A stretch of DNA of 61,767 nt, filler included, from Choristocarpus tenellus KU-1152 (taxonomy: Eukaryota; Protista; Phaeophyceae), in assembly GCA_964200185.2 (NCBI GenBank). It is 13 parts of 13 records of this genome, joined end to end, with 100 filler letters (N's around TTAATTAATTAA, not from the genome) between each part and the next. Parts side by side here need not be neighbours in the genome. Positions count along the whole stretch, not along the records: positions 19,086 to 28,451 come from CAXNAD020003744.1; positions 28,552 to 31,272 come from CAXNAD020025321.1; positions 31,373 to 36,312 come from CAXNAD020012450.1; positions 36,413 to 40,469 come from CAXNAD020016444.1; 9 more parts are not named here. The stretch is one strand, 5' to 3'. This document shows positions 25,010 to 36,428 of the stretch, in pieces (within the stretch, counting starts at the first letter, position 1; the number at the start of each line of letters is the position of its first letter). The position numbers were made by a program, and so were the translations under genes. The notes below the pieces were generated by a model. It was not told the origin of the DNA. It did no database searches and saw only the letters and a program-made list of their open reading frames with translations.

Positions 25010-25980
25010 CTTGTATGTGCTATTAGGTAGCACTTGGTGTCAACAACGTGTTCCAGGGATATGCGGTGATGGCAATGACCAGTGGCTTGTATTCACATGA
25101 ATCTGTTGTTGTTTAGACACCCAGCCATGGGACATGGTGAATGTAGTCCCAAGTCGTTTATGCATTTATTTTGTTAGAGAGTGGGAACGCACCTCTCTTT
25201 TATGTGTGTCACTGATAATAGAGCTTGGCATACTACAGAGCATGGTCAGTGATACTCTAAAGTAGGGAGGTGCAACACTGCTAAGACATTGATTAATGGA
25301 AACATGTGATGTGTCAGTCATGATGAATAATATTAAATATTTTACGAATAATATCACTCCCCTGGAATGACCCCACATACACATGACTGCACTGAAGAAT
25401 TTGCTACCAAGCACTACAACACAACCGTCATAGACCCTGTTCTTGTACTATTGTCATGAAAGAAATGGAAAGATATTGTATTATGTTGCTCTTGTGGTTT
25501 TTATTACATGGGGAAAAATGTAGGTGATTTTGATGTTAATATTATGAAGGAGGGATTTATTTGTATTACGCACCAACAACTGAGAGTTCTATTTTTTCAT
25601 TTTGTTGTACTGATTATTATACTATGTTCACCGTGTTCTATCTCCCCCCCCCCATATCGCACATATATTTGTCCTATCAGTGGCCAAGTAAACTATAGTG
25701 TATAGTACAGAGAAAAAATACATACTTGTTTACGAACTTTCTACACACAATATTGTTCACTGTATCCTATCCCGATGTAGTGGTACCAGTACGTTCGCCC
25801 TCTGGTTTCACTATATAATAACATTTTTTTTGAGGTGAACAAATGTTCACCTAACCCTGTATTGCGTTTGTGGGGTTTGTGTATGTACATAATCCGATTG
25901 GCTCAAACCATGTCAAAATAGAATGGTGAACCCGAGTTTAGAACCAAGGCCATATTTATCTAAGTGTTGAGGGTTAGGGT

Positions 25981-28230
25981 CAAGCCACCCCTCATCTAAT
26001 ACTGTTCCCTTGAGCTCCCTGTTCCACTCCATTGCTGATTGCTTAAGGCCATAGATGGCCCTGGCAGCTTTTACGATGGATCCATTGACCAGTTGTAGCC
26101 ATACATTCTCAGGGAGTGGTGCGTTCAGGCAGGCTTGAGTGAAGTCTAGGGAGTTGATGACCCAGTTTCAGTTGGCTGCTGTAGCCAGGACTGCCCGAAT
26201 CACGTCAAATCCCACCACTGGACTGAATGTGCTAAAGTAGTCCACCCCTTCTTGCTGGGAAAGTCCCATGCCACCAGCCTGGCCTTCAATCTTTCGATAT
26301 CTCCATCAGCTGTCCTTTTTTCAACTATGAATCTGGTTTTGACAGGCCTTCTCCCTGGTGGCAGACTCTCTCCCTCATGGAAGGCTCCTTTGTTTTATTG
26401 GTCTTCGATTTCTTGCTCCATTACCTCCTGCCAGTGTTCTGCATCAGGCCCTGCAAGGGCTTCTGAGATGGTTGATGGCTCCCGGTGGCCTATCAGGATG
26501 TCACCTGCCATGCCCATCAAACAGTAGGCGCCATCTGTGTTTACTCTAAGGAGATAGCCATATTCTCTCTCACTTCTTCAGTATCTCCAGAGTGTAGACA
26601 CGTGTAGTCCACCTTGGATTTTCAGCGATCCTGGCTGACCTCCGTTACCCACTAGGTGAACTTATGGAGTTCTTGCTTGCGGCTGTTGCGCACGGTATCG
26701 GATCGGCTGCACTATCGAAATGCCCATCAGAGATTTCATCATTATCGGAGATCTTGTCATCGTCGGTCAAAGTCGTGGTCTCTCACTTCCCCACGAAGTC
26801 CATGGTGTGTTCTTCTGGCTCGAACGTCACTTGGGCTGAGGTCACGAACTTGCCCTCTGGAGGAAGCCGGATGTACCGACACAGTGACGTACGATCGTGT
26901 CCCATGATGTCATCCCGCTTGATGTATGGGTGAAACTTTGAACCGGCTCCCCTCTGCTGCTTGTCCTGGTGAACGTAGCACTCACCACCCCAGGCAGGTG
27001 TTTTGCAGGTGACTTTCCATCCAAGTATGAATAACACCTCTGCCATTGACAGTTCATCCTCAAGCAGTATTCACTTTGGTTTGGTTGGGGCCGCTTCCAG
27101 CTGATCCCCTGGACTTCCCAGCATGACCATTCCTCACCGTGCCGTCCATTGCCAATACCCCCATCATGTCCATCTTGGTCTGAGTGAAGGTAAGTCTTCG
27201 AAGTGATGATTGCCCGTTTGTGCTCCTCATAGCTGATGTCAGGGCGCGTTATTACTTGCACAAACACATGTGGTATGGCCTCCTTGATGCCAAGCAGTAT
27301 AGATGCCCTGTTCATGTTTTCCGATTTTGGCTCCTTGAGCTGCTCAAAGTCGTCAAATAGCCACTCGAGTATAATTACAAAATCAGTGCTGTCCTGTGAC
27401 ACAACGCACCAGAGTTCTCAAAGTCTCGCCTCCAATGTAAGGAGCTGCACGGGGATCTTGTCCTCCGTGCATCCTCCATAGATTATTTCTAACTCTAACC
27501 ATACCCCTCTGCTGTCCGGCTGACCCTCGTTTTCATATCTCACAACGACTGCTGATGCTGACCCCTTTGTTTCTTGGATAAGCAGGAACCATAACGCCTT
27601 GTTGTTCTTGATGTATGTGGCATGTGCCGTGCGCACTGCCTCTCCCAAGGTGACCGTGGGGGTTTCAGGAATCTCGTAGTCCCATGTGGTGATCTCGTAC
27701 AATCCCTTCCTCCCAGTGTGGCCTATCAACGACAGTCTCCAAGTAGACCAGGTCTCCAATGACATTCCCGTGCTGACACTTGTAAGTGGCCCGTACACAC
27801 CCAATAACACTGTGAACAGTTAGCCCTAGATCGAACAAAACTAATACGACCCATGCTTCAAGCTCAACCTTCTTCCGGAAAAGCTCTATCTCAACTGATG
27901 GGCATGTTGATAATGTTCTTAGTGGATTTGCCAGCCTTTATCTCCCTAAACCCACGATCATGTTTGAACTGTTGGAGGACCTGAGTTTGAACACGGTAGT
28001 GCGGAGTTGTCGATATATTGAATGACCGTAGAAGCTCTGACACGCAAACCTCCATAAAGTATTCCGTTATGCTCTTGTCTACGTCCATTTTGCAGTCCGG
28101 GATCACCACCAGATGCAGAGTCGTCCCCATGCTCATTCTGTATTGCGTCAGTTACCCCTTTAGTGATAGGTGCCACTCCCTGATCCGTCCTCTTCTCTGT
28201 TATGTCTATGCCTGTGTCTCTGTTTTAACA
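25981..28230 (-). mobile_element. Degenerate Ty1/copia element (putative 5' LTR 28230-27811, gag, partial RT)
   Basis: Gag-like NKALWFLLIQETKGSASAVV...QPDSRGVWLELEIIYGG; RVT_2-type EGVDYFSTFSPVVGFDVIRAVLA...SLDFTQACLNAPL...AIYGLKQSAMEWN with stops. RT similarity ends at a TTAGGG micro-tract. Confidence 0.88.
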
Positions 28231-28244
28231 AACAGAAGCAAAAT

Positions 28245-28424
28245 GTTAAAAAGTATCTGGGGAGGGAGGGGGGGGGTCTACACCAGGGTGTCCATTTCGG
28301 CCATAACCAGGAAAAGTGCACTTACATTATCCATCCGACATATGCAAAATCACCCAAAAATCGCGACATGAAAAAATGGACCCCAAATGGACAGCCACCC
28401 CCCCCACCCCAGATACTTCAGACC
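28245..28424 (+). mobile_element. MITE family C (~180 bp)
   Basis: AAAGTATCTGGGG...CCCCAGATACTTCAGACC; internal sequence is homologous (reverse) to 36162-36312 and to 49019-49057. Confidence 0.82.
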
Positions 28425-29030
28425 AAAATCTTAATAAGAAAAACCAACAGGNNNNNNNNNNNNNNNNNNNNNNNNNNNNNNNNNNNNNNNNNNNNTTAAT
28501 TAATTAANNNNNNNNNNNNNNNNNNNNNNNNNNNNNNNNNNNNNNNNNNNNCCATGTTATTTCAAGTCCTTCGTGCTTTCCACTTCCTTTTGTGTCGCTT
28601 GCTCTCTCCCCCCGGCAAATACGTACTTATCTGTTTCATTGTCCATTTTCGCGCATGCTGGTGTTACTCGTCTTCACTACATTTTTTTGGCCATACTTTC
28701 TCCGATTATTACTTTATATCCTATTGTTTGCAATTTTTAAATTGATTATTTGCCTTGCATTCCACACTCATTGTACTAGTATAACGTTAGTGGTGCGAGA
28801 TTTCATTAATCCCTATCATGACTACTTGTGTGATGTCACTGTCAAGTTCGACACATGTCCAACCCACTCGCTCCCTCCGCATTCTCTTCATTCAGAGACT
28901 CTTACTGTGTCAAAGGTGGGCTTGTCATTAGAGGATCATCCCCTAATGCTAGCATACAAGACGAGGAGGGGGGGGCGCCCTCAATTAGGCACAGACAACC
29001 ATCTCAGAAGCCACCAGGACATTATTTGTC

Positions 29031-31272
29031 TTGCCCATAACGACGGGACAATGTTCACATGCAATAAGCGAGTCACCGTCGACGACATCTTTGGCCACGG
29101 ACGTGAAACGTCTCCTGTTCCACTCCATGATGGACGTCGAATACGAAGGTGCTGCCTTGGACATCCCCATGAGGGCCCTCAACTTCCTTGTTAACAGGCT
29201 CGATAATAACGTCACACATATCCTTCTTCACAGAAGCAGCGATTTTTTTTTTTGTAGAAGATATAGGACATCGTTAAACTGTAACAGAACGAGCTGGGTG
29301 ACGGTTCAGGGGTGTCATTCTATACCACAAGTTTATTTCCCGAATCGTTACGTTAAGCGTGGAAACAACGAAGAGCGTGTTGCCCTGTATCGGAAGGTAC
29401 TGCATACACTGCGAAATGATGAATCCGTGCGCAATACAATACCACGTTAGGCCTAATTTACGAACTGCCCTCCCACGCTAGGTACATGAATGCTGGGGAC
29501 ACCGTCGTCTCCTACAGCGCAGAGAGGCACAATGTGGTGGAGGCGGACCTTGAACGGAGCAGGAGGGTGGAGGTGTTCGTGTCCAACGCGGCGTCAAGGA
29601 CGAGGTGAAGCAGAGGATGGACACATCCTTCGGCCAAGCCTACGAGGAGGGCAAGTGGAAGGTAAGAAGGGTGTGCTGGCTTCTTTTTTTTACATTGCTT
29701 TCCAACTTGTTTGTACTACAAACCCTACAGATAATAGGTCTCGAGCTTGCAATTGTACTGGTGATGTTTCCTTGTAGATGTTTACGAGTAGCCAACTTTG
29801 TGCACGCAGTTACCCACACCACCAATGGAAATCGCGAGTCCCCAAGTCTTTGCTGTGATTGTGAATACGTCGTAACGTCCCCATTCCCACACAAAAAACA
29901 TAAAAGCATGCTGCAGTACATCACAACATCTTTAACCAACTAACCCTAACCCATACATATATGACAAAACCTTATCGCATGGCGAACCCACTTCACTGCC
30001 ACATTATTGGACTGTCACATATACGCACGTGATGCTACAGATATCCACGTCTCTCGCTCAAGAACGCGTGATAGGCCCTTCCTGCCTGCCGAGAGTCTTA
30101 GGGCAGACCATCGTCCCAACGGAGACGCATCAATGTTTCGCTGAGGCTGTCCATCCTAAGGGAAAGGCGATGGGACGCGATGAGGCGACCATATTCGTAG
30201 CAAAGGCAGTGGCAACGGGGTTAGGCTACCAGATCGAGGTGAATGTGGTATGGAATGAGTAAAATTATCTTAGAGGGTGGTAATCTTTAACTGTTTCTCC
30301 ATTTGTGGGGCTTGGCACATGATGGACTTTTGTTTCTGACGTTTTCCGTGTCATTGGTATGTTTCGGAGTAGGTAAAATGTATACGTTTGTGGGGCTTGG
30401 CTTCCCACGTTTTTTTTCTATGACATCAGCCGGCTCTGAAAATGTCTCGGAGTATGTAAAATGTATACCTGGTGAAAGGTGTCCGAAATTCTGATATTGA
30501 CACTACTTCCTAACAAACACGATATCCAAGATTTCAACAAAATCGCAACATCATATTTTGACGACCAAATTTACGTGGCTCTTCCCTCTAATATACTTTG
30601 GCTCGAATGCGCTAATTTACTGATTTTGTTAAGAACGAACAATATAGTTTAGTTACCAACACACACGATATACAATTTATTTTTATTCGTAAGTCCTAAC
30701 CTACCTAATGCGGCACCCAAACACGTCGTGTACAAATATGTGGCCCTTAGGGGTAGTATTGCGTCGGTAGTGTGTGTGACTTCTTGCCACAACAATGTTG
30801 CTGTCTCTGCACCACCTTCTTCAGACGGTATTACCTCCAATTAACCAACACTCATAAATCGCCGAACTATAACCCCCGATCAATACCCCTTGACCCCACC
30901 CAACCCCACCGGTGTCTTTGTTCTCCGTAATATTCAGCCGCGTGCAAGCTCGTCCTCAGATCCCGCGGAAATGGCCTTGCACCCGCTCGAAGGGAAAGGC
31001 TACAAAGTCGGCTGCGCGGACATCCCTGCTTGGGGCGATCTCATGGTCTGCAACTCTCGATCGTAGGCCTTCGATTCGCTCTCCCCCCAAGACCGGGAGT
31101 TCCTAAACATTCGTCTACTCCATGTGGCCAGTAACAGACAGCTCAAGCGCATGCTTGAGCCTGATAGGAAGGTGTGTGGGCCGGGCGCAGAGCTCTACTT
31201 GCGCGTGGCAGCCACTTGCCCTTTGTACTACATGCGTTGGACCGAAAAGGCAGACGACGCGAACATCGAGTT
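29031..31272 (+). pseudogene. Unidentified GC-rich, intron-containing degenerate coding sequence, possibly TE-derived
   Basis: Exon-like blocks with splice signals (~29482-29661, 30041-30238, ~30939-31272) carrying frameshifts and stops; no recognisable family. Confidence 0.4.
30257..30604 (-). mobile_element. MITE family A with internal duplication, TSD GAAT
   Basis: GAAT|GAGTAAAATTATCTTAGAGGGT...CCCTCTAATATACTTTGGCTC|GAAT. Confidence 0.88.
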
Positions 31273-31372
31273 NNNNNNNNNNNNNNNNNNNNNNNNNNNN
31301 NNNNNNNNNNNNNNNNTTAATTAATTAANNNNNNNNNNNNNNNNNNNNNNNNNNNNNNNNNNNNNNNNNNNN

Positions 31373-31439
31373 CAAAATCGCAACATTGGATTGTGACCTC
31401 CAAATGGATGCGGCTCTACCTTCTAAGATACTTTGACTC
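31373..31439 (-). mobile_element. MITE family A end at contig start
   Basis: ...GGCTCTACCTTCTAAGATACTTTGACTC. Confidence 0.85.
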
Positions 31440-31533
31440 TACGTTGAATTCTGAGTATTTAAATGTCAATTATGGTCAGCTATGGATACACTTCGATGAA
31501 ATGAATTATAGCTACTGATAGTCCAGAAACTCG

Positions 31534-31792
31534 GAGCCAGAGTATCTTAGAGGGTAGAGCCGCATCCATTTGAGGGTCAAAATCCAATGTTGGTTTTTGA
31601 TGTAATTTTGGCTATCGTGTTTGTTAGGAAGTGTCAATATCTATGTTCCGGACACATTTTCGTAATATATACATTTTACATACTCATAAACATTTTGGTG
31701 TAGTAAAATGTCATTTTAAGAAAAAGCATGGGAAGGCAAGCCCCAAATGGACAAGCAGGACAAAACTCGTACCCTCTAACATAATTTCACTC
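31534..31792 (+). mobile_element. MITE family A
   Basis: GAGCCAGAGTATCTTAGAGGGTA...TACCCTCTAACATAATTTCACTC. Confidence 0.9.
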
Positions 31793-32653
31793 TTGTGCCT
31801 CACTGACAAGTATGATGCATTCGTTGCACCAAACCCAATCCCGCATTTTTTTTTTTGACAAACCTGCAACTCCACGGTTTGTCCACCCCATCTCAACACA
31901 CCCAACTCTGCTCCCTTGACCATGCAGTCTTGCCAACAACATCTGCACTCGATCGATCGCAGTTTTCTTTTTGTTCAGTTGAAACGAACCGACTGAAGAC
32001 ACTCGCTCTTTAGAGCAGTAGAAAGTGTTGGAGTATGCAGTCAACGTATTGACGTAATAGTCAGCTTGCTACACACTACAGATCCAGAACCAGTGTATCA
32101 TATATTCACTTCATGACTTCATTCTCTGTATGAGAGGTGCGTTCAATGGGGGTATGAGGATCATGAGAGAGGTGTTCTTGAGATTCTTCTGCATGAATAC
32201 AATGATTCGCATGTTGGTGGCTCTTGACTATTGAACAACTCAAAAACTTGAAGAGGATTTTTTTCTTTGCCACGATTGATGCTAGGGTCTGAATTAACTC
32301 CTGAACTCAGTCGGAACTTGCCACCTGAATAACTCAACTCTGTAGTTATGATTATATCATGCTGATATCTATCTGAGGTGCTATTTGGCCAAATCTCACA
32401 AATCTGGACCAGCGCTAACCTATCCTACCCTTGGACTGTTCATACCACTCGTCATTGTCCAACTTTGGCGCTCCCATAGAAGCTTAGCCTCTGGCTGTGA
32501 CTACCACCTCTACTCTTACCACTAAAACCTACTATACCCCCCTTGCCTGTGGTTCCCGAGCAACATCAAGTTCATGTCCGTTTGTTCTTCAAAAGCTGTT
32601 CACCCCGAGTTATTATCCATGCAAGCTCTCTGGTCCCCTCATGGCGTTCTCAG

Positions 32654-35646
32654 GGTAGCATTCAACTCATCTGCCAAGGACATGCTGTGCTACTCCTGGC
32701 AAAACAAGCTATACCTTCGTACTGGCTCGTTCCCTGTACTGGAGCAGGTGTGTAACGTTCACCCCTTTGCTCCCATGCACATACCCTGTTGTCTATGTAT
32801 TGTTATTGCCAAATGTCCATGTACTACCCGTTTGTCATCACCCACCACCCTCTCCAATCTTGCCCCACTTCTACACCCTCTTGGTTCTGCGTTTTCTCGT
32901 TCATAAAGTATGGTTTTACTTTCTTCTCACACCTACGCTTGCTACCCATGAATAGAATGCATCCCATCTTCTCACTCCCCTCGACCCCCCTGAAAGAATC
33001 AAAGTATTTTATTAAGAGGGTAGAGCTGTATCTGTTTGGGGTCCAAAATCCAATGTTGCGATTTTGATTCATTTTGGCTATCGTGTTTGTTAGGAAGGGT
33101 CAATATCCTCGTTCTGGACATACCTTTCATAGTCGCATATATTTTATGTAACTGTATTGACACAGAAAAACCGAAAAGGGGCAAGAATAACCCGTGGGAA
33201 GCCAGGCCCTGAAAGGACAAACAGAGCAAAAATGCTTTGGGTCAAATATAAAGCAATTCCCCACCTTGTTGCTTGGTATTCCACTTCTATTAACAGGATA
33301 TGTTCACATGCATAGCCTTTCCCATGTCGGATCTGCATTCCTACCAACATCATTACCAGCAGCACTAGTAATACTAAAAGAATGTGCACTCCAACCACTG
33401 CTTCCACTGCCAATCCTGCTGAAGAAACGACCTACAACAGCAGCAATAATTCAAGCTACCAAACAACCACCACTGACTGCTACTGCTACTTCATTTTATC
33501 CACCAACCACAACTCAATGCCAAAAAGATCCAAACATCTACAAATTCCGTTGCTTGCAATATTTTCATCGAGACCTCAACCCTCTAAATTTCCAACAGAA
33601 TCTTGATGGGGAAGTAGTGGGCTACAGGGGAGCACGTGTATTCAGTGTCAAAGGAGTAACACTGGACACCAGAGATGTACCCCAGACCTTGGCTGTTTAC
33701 AGGTACATTGAGGCAGGTGATTTTGAGGCCGCATACAGGGTGGCCTGCCTTGGTATCACTCAGGTGAGATAGGTATGCCGATTGGGAGGGAATATGAGAG
33801 TTGGACTAGGCTCTCAATTCTTTGTGGTGCATCAAGCCCACTCTACAACTCATCCTTAGCGCATCAAAATGTGAAGGCAATGCTGTGTTCATATAATTGG
33901 TGATGATAATTGGACTCTGTAAGACAGTCATGAAATTTGTCATCCTAAGACTGTGAGGTATTATGTCCGTGAAGTTGTGGGTGCTCGTGCGTGGGTACTC
34001 AATTTTTCTGGGTGTTCAGATTCTTATCGAATCCCACATTATTAGTGCTACTTCAAGTCAATGTAGACATCATAGGGTTAGGGCTAATGCTGTACGCCAT
34101 ACAGATTGGTAAGCGCGCAAGTATGCATTTGAGAACTCGAATTTTAACACATACCTCAATGGAGCAGCTGGGTTTGTAAGAAATTGAGATACCACTGGAC
34201 TGCCAGGGAAGATAGTAACACAAGTGACTGCCTACGTGGAACAGTAGTATCTCAATCTTTGACCGGTTTTCTTTTATCAGCATGGAGCAGAAGAAATGCA
34301 TGAAACCAGTCATCAGTGAGCGGCTAAAGGAACACTGCTAACTCCCCAAGTTCTCTGTTTCTTTCCCATCGACACTTCCTCCAATACACACATATCTCCG
34401 TCATCATCACTAGTTATCTTGCTTGCTCTTCTATGAAGGAAGATATCTGTTGCCGTGTTTGATTTCTGAGCACAATGTTTTTCATAGCTAACTGGAGCAA
34501 TACCGATTCGACTGTGCCGCGGGCAACACTATCTCCTTTGAAGGAAGCAGGATACAAAGGCTATTTCATGTCTCTCTCACTGTAATAACCGCATCCTGCC
34601 GTGCTCGTAGAGTGATTGGAAAATCCTAGGCACCTCAGCCCTCCGGGCAATGAATCTGGGCATGAGCAGGAAGGCTTTTATTCGCCTTAAGGATGTGAGT
34701 TTGATGGAAGTACTGGCAAAGATTGAGCTGCGTTGTAAGCAACAACAGCAGCAGCTATCACTTGGCAAGGACCCAGAAGCTAGGTAGGTCTGCTTGGGTA
34801 AAGATGTGTGGGATGCAGAAGAGGAGGATTTCGAGGGTGCTAACCCATCGCTTGTAGACAAGATGTCTTCATCATGGTCTCCGCACCTGATAACTAATTC
34901 GGAGTACGAAACAAGCGCTTGATGCCTAGACCAAGGAACAACCGCAAGCGTCTTTGTGGAGCATACGTGCAGCATAATGGCAGTACTCCTTTCGCGATAG
35001 AGATAGTATGCTTACTCAACCGTTACAAATTCCAGTGCATATGGTATCAAGTAAGGGTTCCAAAAGATGACATACAATCCATATAATCTGTTGGAGAGTC
35101 AATAGCAAACGAGAGGTACACCAGGGTTGCCTTTTTAAGGAGGTCGACAAAATACGCAAAAATATTCTGCTTGTGCAAAATAGACATGGGAAATTTTCTG
35201 AATTCCATTGAAAGTATTGAAATAATAGAGAAAAAAATGCTCTCAAGTCAATCACAGCAACTTTTATTTCCATTGAAATCAGGGTGAATTTGCACAAGAT
35301 TAAATCAGTGGCTGCAAAATAGCCTAAACCTGGAACCCTCTTGCTTGCTTTGATTCTGGAGCGAGTGGCTCTATGGTAGCGTAAGAGGGCATCGGGGAAG
35401 AGAGGATCAGTTGTCGAATCTCTCTTAATGAATGGCATGTCCAATTTTAGGTGGTTGGGTAGAATACATACGGAACCTCCCACTTTTTTTTCATGATGAG
35501 TACTTTCATGGTTTGCTATTGACACTTGCCCCTGTCCCTTCAATACTTGCTGCGCAATCACAACCGCAAAACACAGGCAGAAAATAGAGCAGGATGCGCT
35601 CGCAGAGCTCCTTGCCCACGAAGGGATATACCAGGAAGCGGCGAAG
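32654..35646 (+). CDS. IFT122: Intraflagellar transport protein 122 (IFT-A), internal exons
   Basis: Phase-compatible exons 32654-32747, 33599-33763, 34611-34783 and 35577-35646. Spliced VAFNSSAKDMLCYSW...GEVVGYRGARVF...DVPQTLAVYRYIEAGDFEAAYRVACLGITQSDWKILG...KAFIRLKD...AELLAHEGIYQEAAK matches the IFT122 motifs SVAWN/DMLCFS, GFVVG, AYQIACLGVT.DW and KAFIR. Confidence 0.92.
32996..33243 (+). mobile_element. MITE family A variant (TGCTTTGGGTC right end) in an IFT122 intron
   Basis: Family A left half; right end shared with 50592-50825. Confidence 0.8.
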
Positions 35647-35941
35647 GTTAGCTCGTCTCTTGCGCCATATGCATGTTACACATCCTTGACTTTCTAGACC
35701 AGTAGGGATTCGGGGAAGCTTACTTGACTTCTGTCCGCCCGTCTCACTGGAATCAGGACCAAACTGTGAAAGTAGCTTCGGCCATTGCACCTAGAAGTAG
35801 TTCTTGCTGACATAGCAACTTCGAAAAATGAAATTGAAAATGAAAATTAAGGTGGCTGGGAGTATCTAGCTCAAGGGATACTGCCTTGTCCATGTTCAAC
35901 CCTTGTCCCATCAATCCTAGCTGTATCTTATTGAGTCATAA

Positions 35942-36161
35942 GACCCAAAGTATCTTAGATGGTAAAACCGAGTCCATTTGGGGGCCAAAATCCAATGTCG
36001 CAATTTTGATGTAAATTTAGCTATTATGTTTGTTAGGAAATGTCAATATCCACGTTTCGAGACACCTTTTTGTAACATATACACTTTACCTACTCCGAAA
36101 CATTTTGGAGTAGGAAATTTTCATTAAAAAGACCATGGGAAGCCAAGCCCTAAATGGACAA
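35942..36161 (+). mobile_element. MITE family A interrupted by a family C copy
   Basis: GACCCAAAGTATCTTAGATGGTA...GCCCTAAATGGACAA, then an abrupt switch to a family C TIR. Confidence 0.85.
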
Positions 36162-36312
36162 GGATCAAAGTATCTGGGAGGGGGTAGCGGCTGTCCATTT
36201 TGGGTCAAATTTTTCATGTCGCGATTTTTGGGTGATTTTGTTGCATACGTCGGATGGATACTGTAAATGTACTTTTCCTTATTTTGGTCCAATGGACACC
36301 CTGGTGTAGACC
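36162..36312 (-). mobile_element. MITE family C nested in family A, truncated by contig end
   Basis: GGATCAAAGTATCTGGGAGGGG...; reverse complement of ~28275-28420. Confidence 0.85.
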
Positions 36313-36428
36313 NNNNNNNNNNNNNNNNNNNNNNNNNNNNNNNNNNNNNNNNNNNNTTAATTAATTAANNNNNNNNNNNNNNNNNNNNNNNNNNNNNNNN
36401 NNNNNNNNNNNNGAAGCGATACCTGGTC

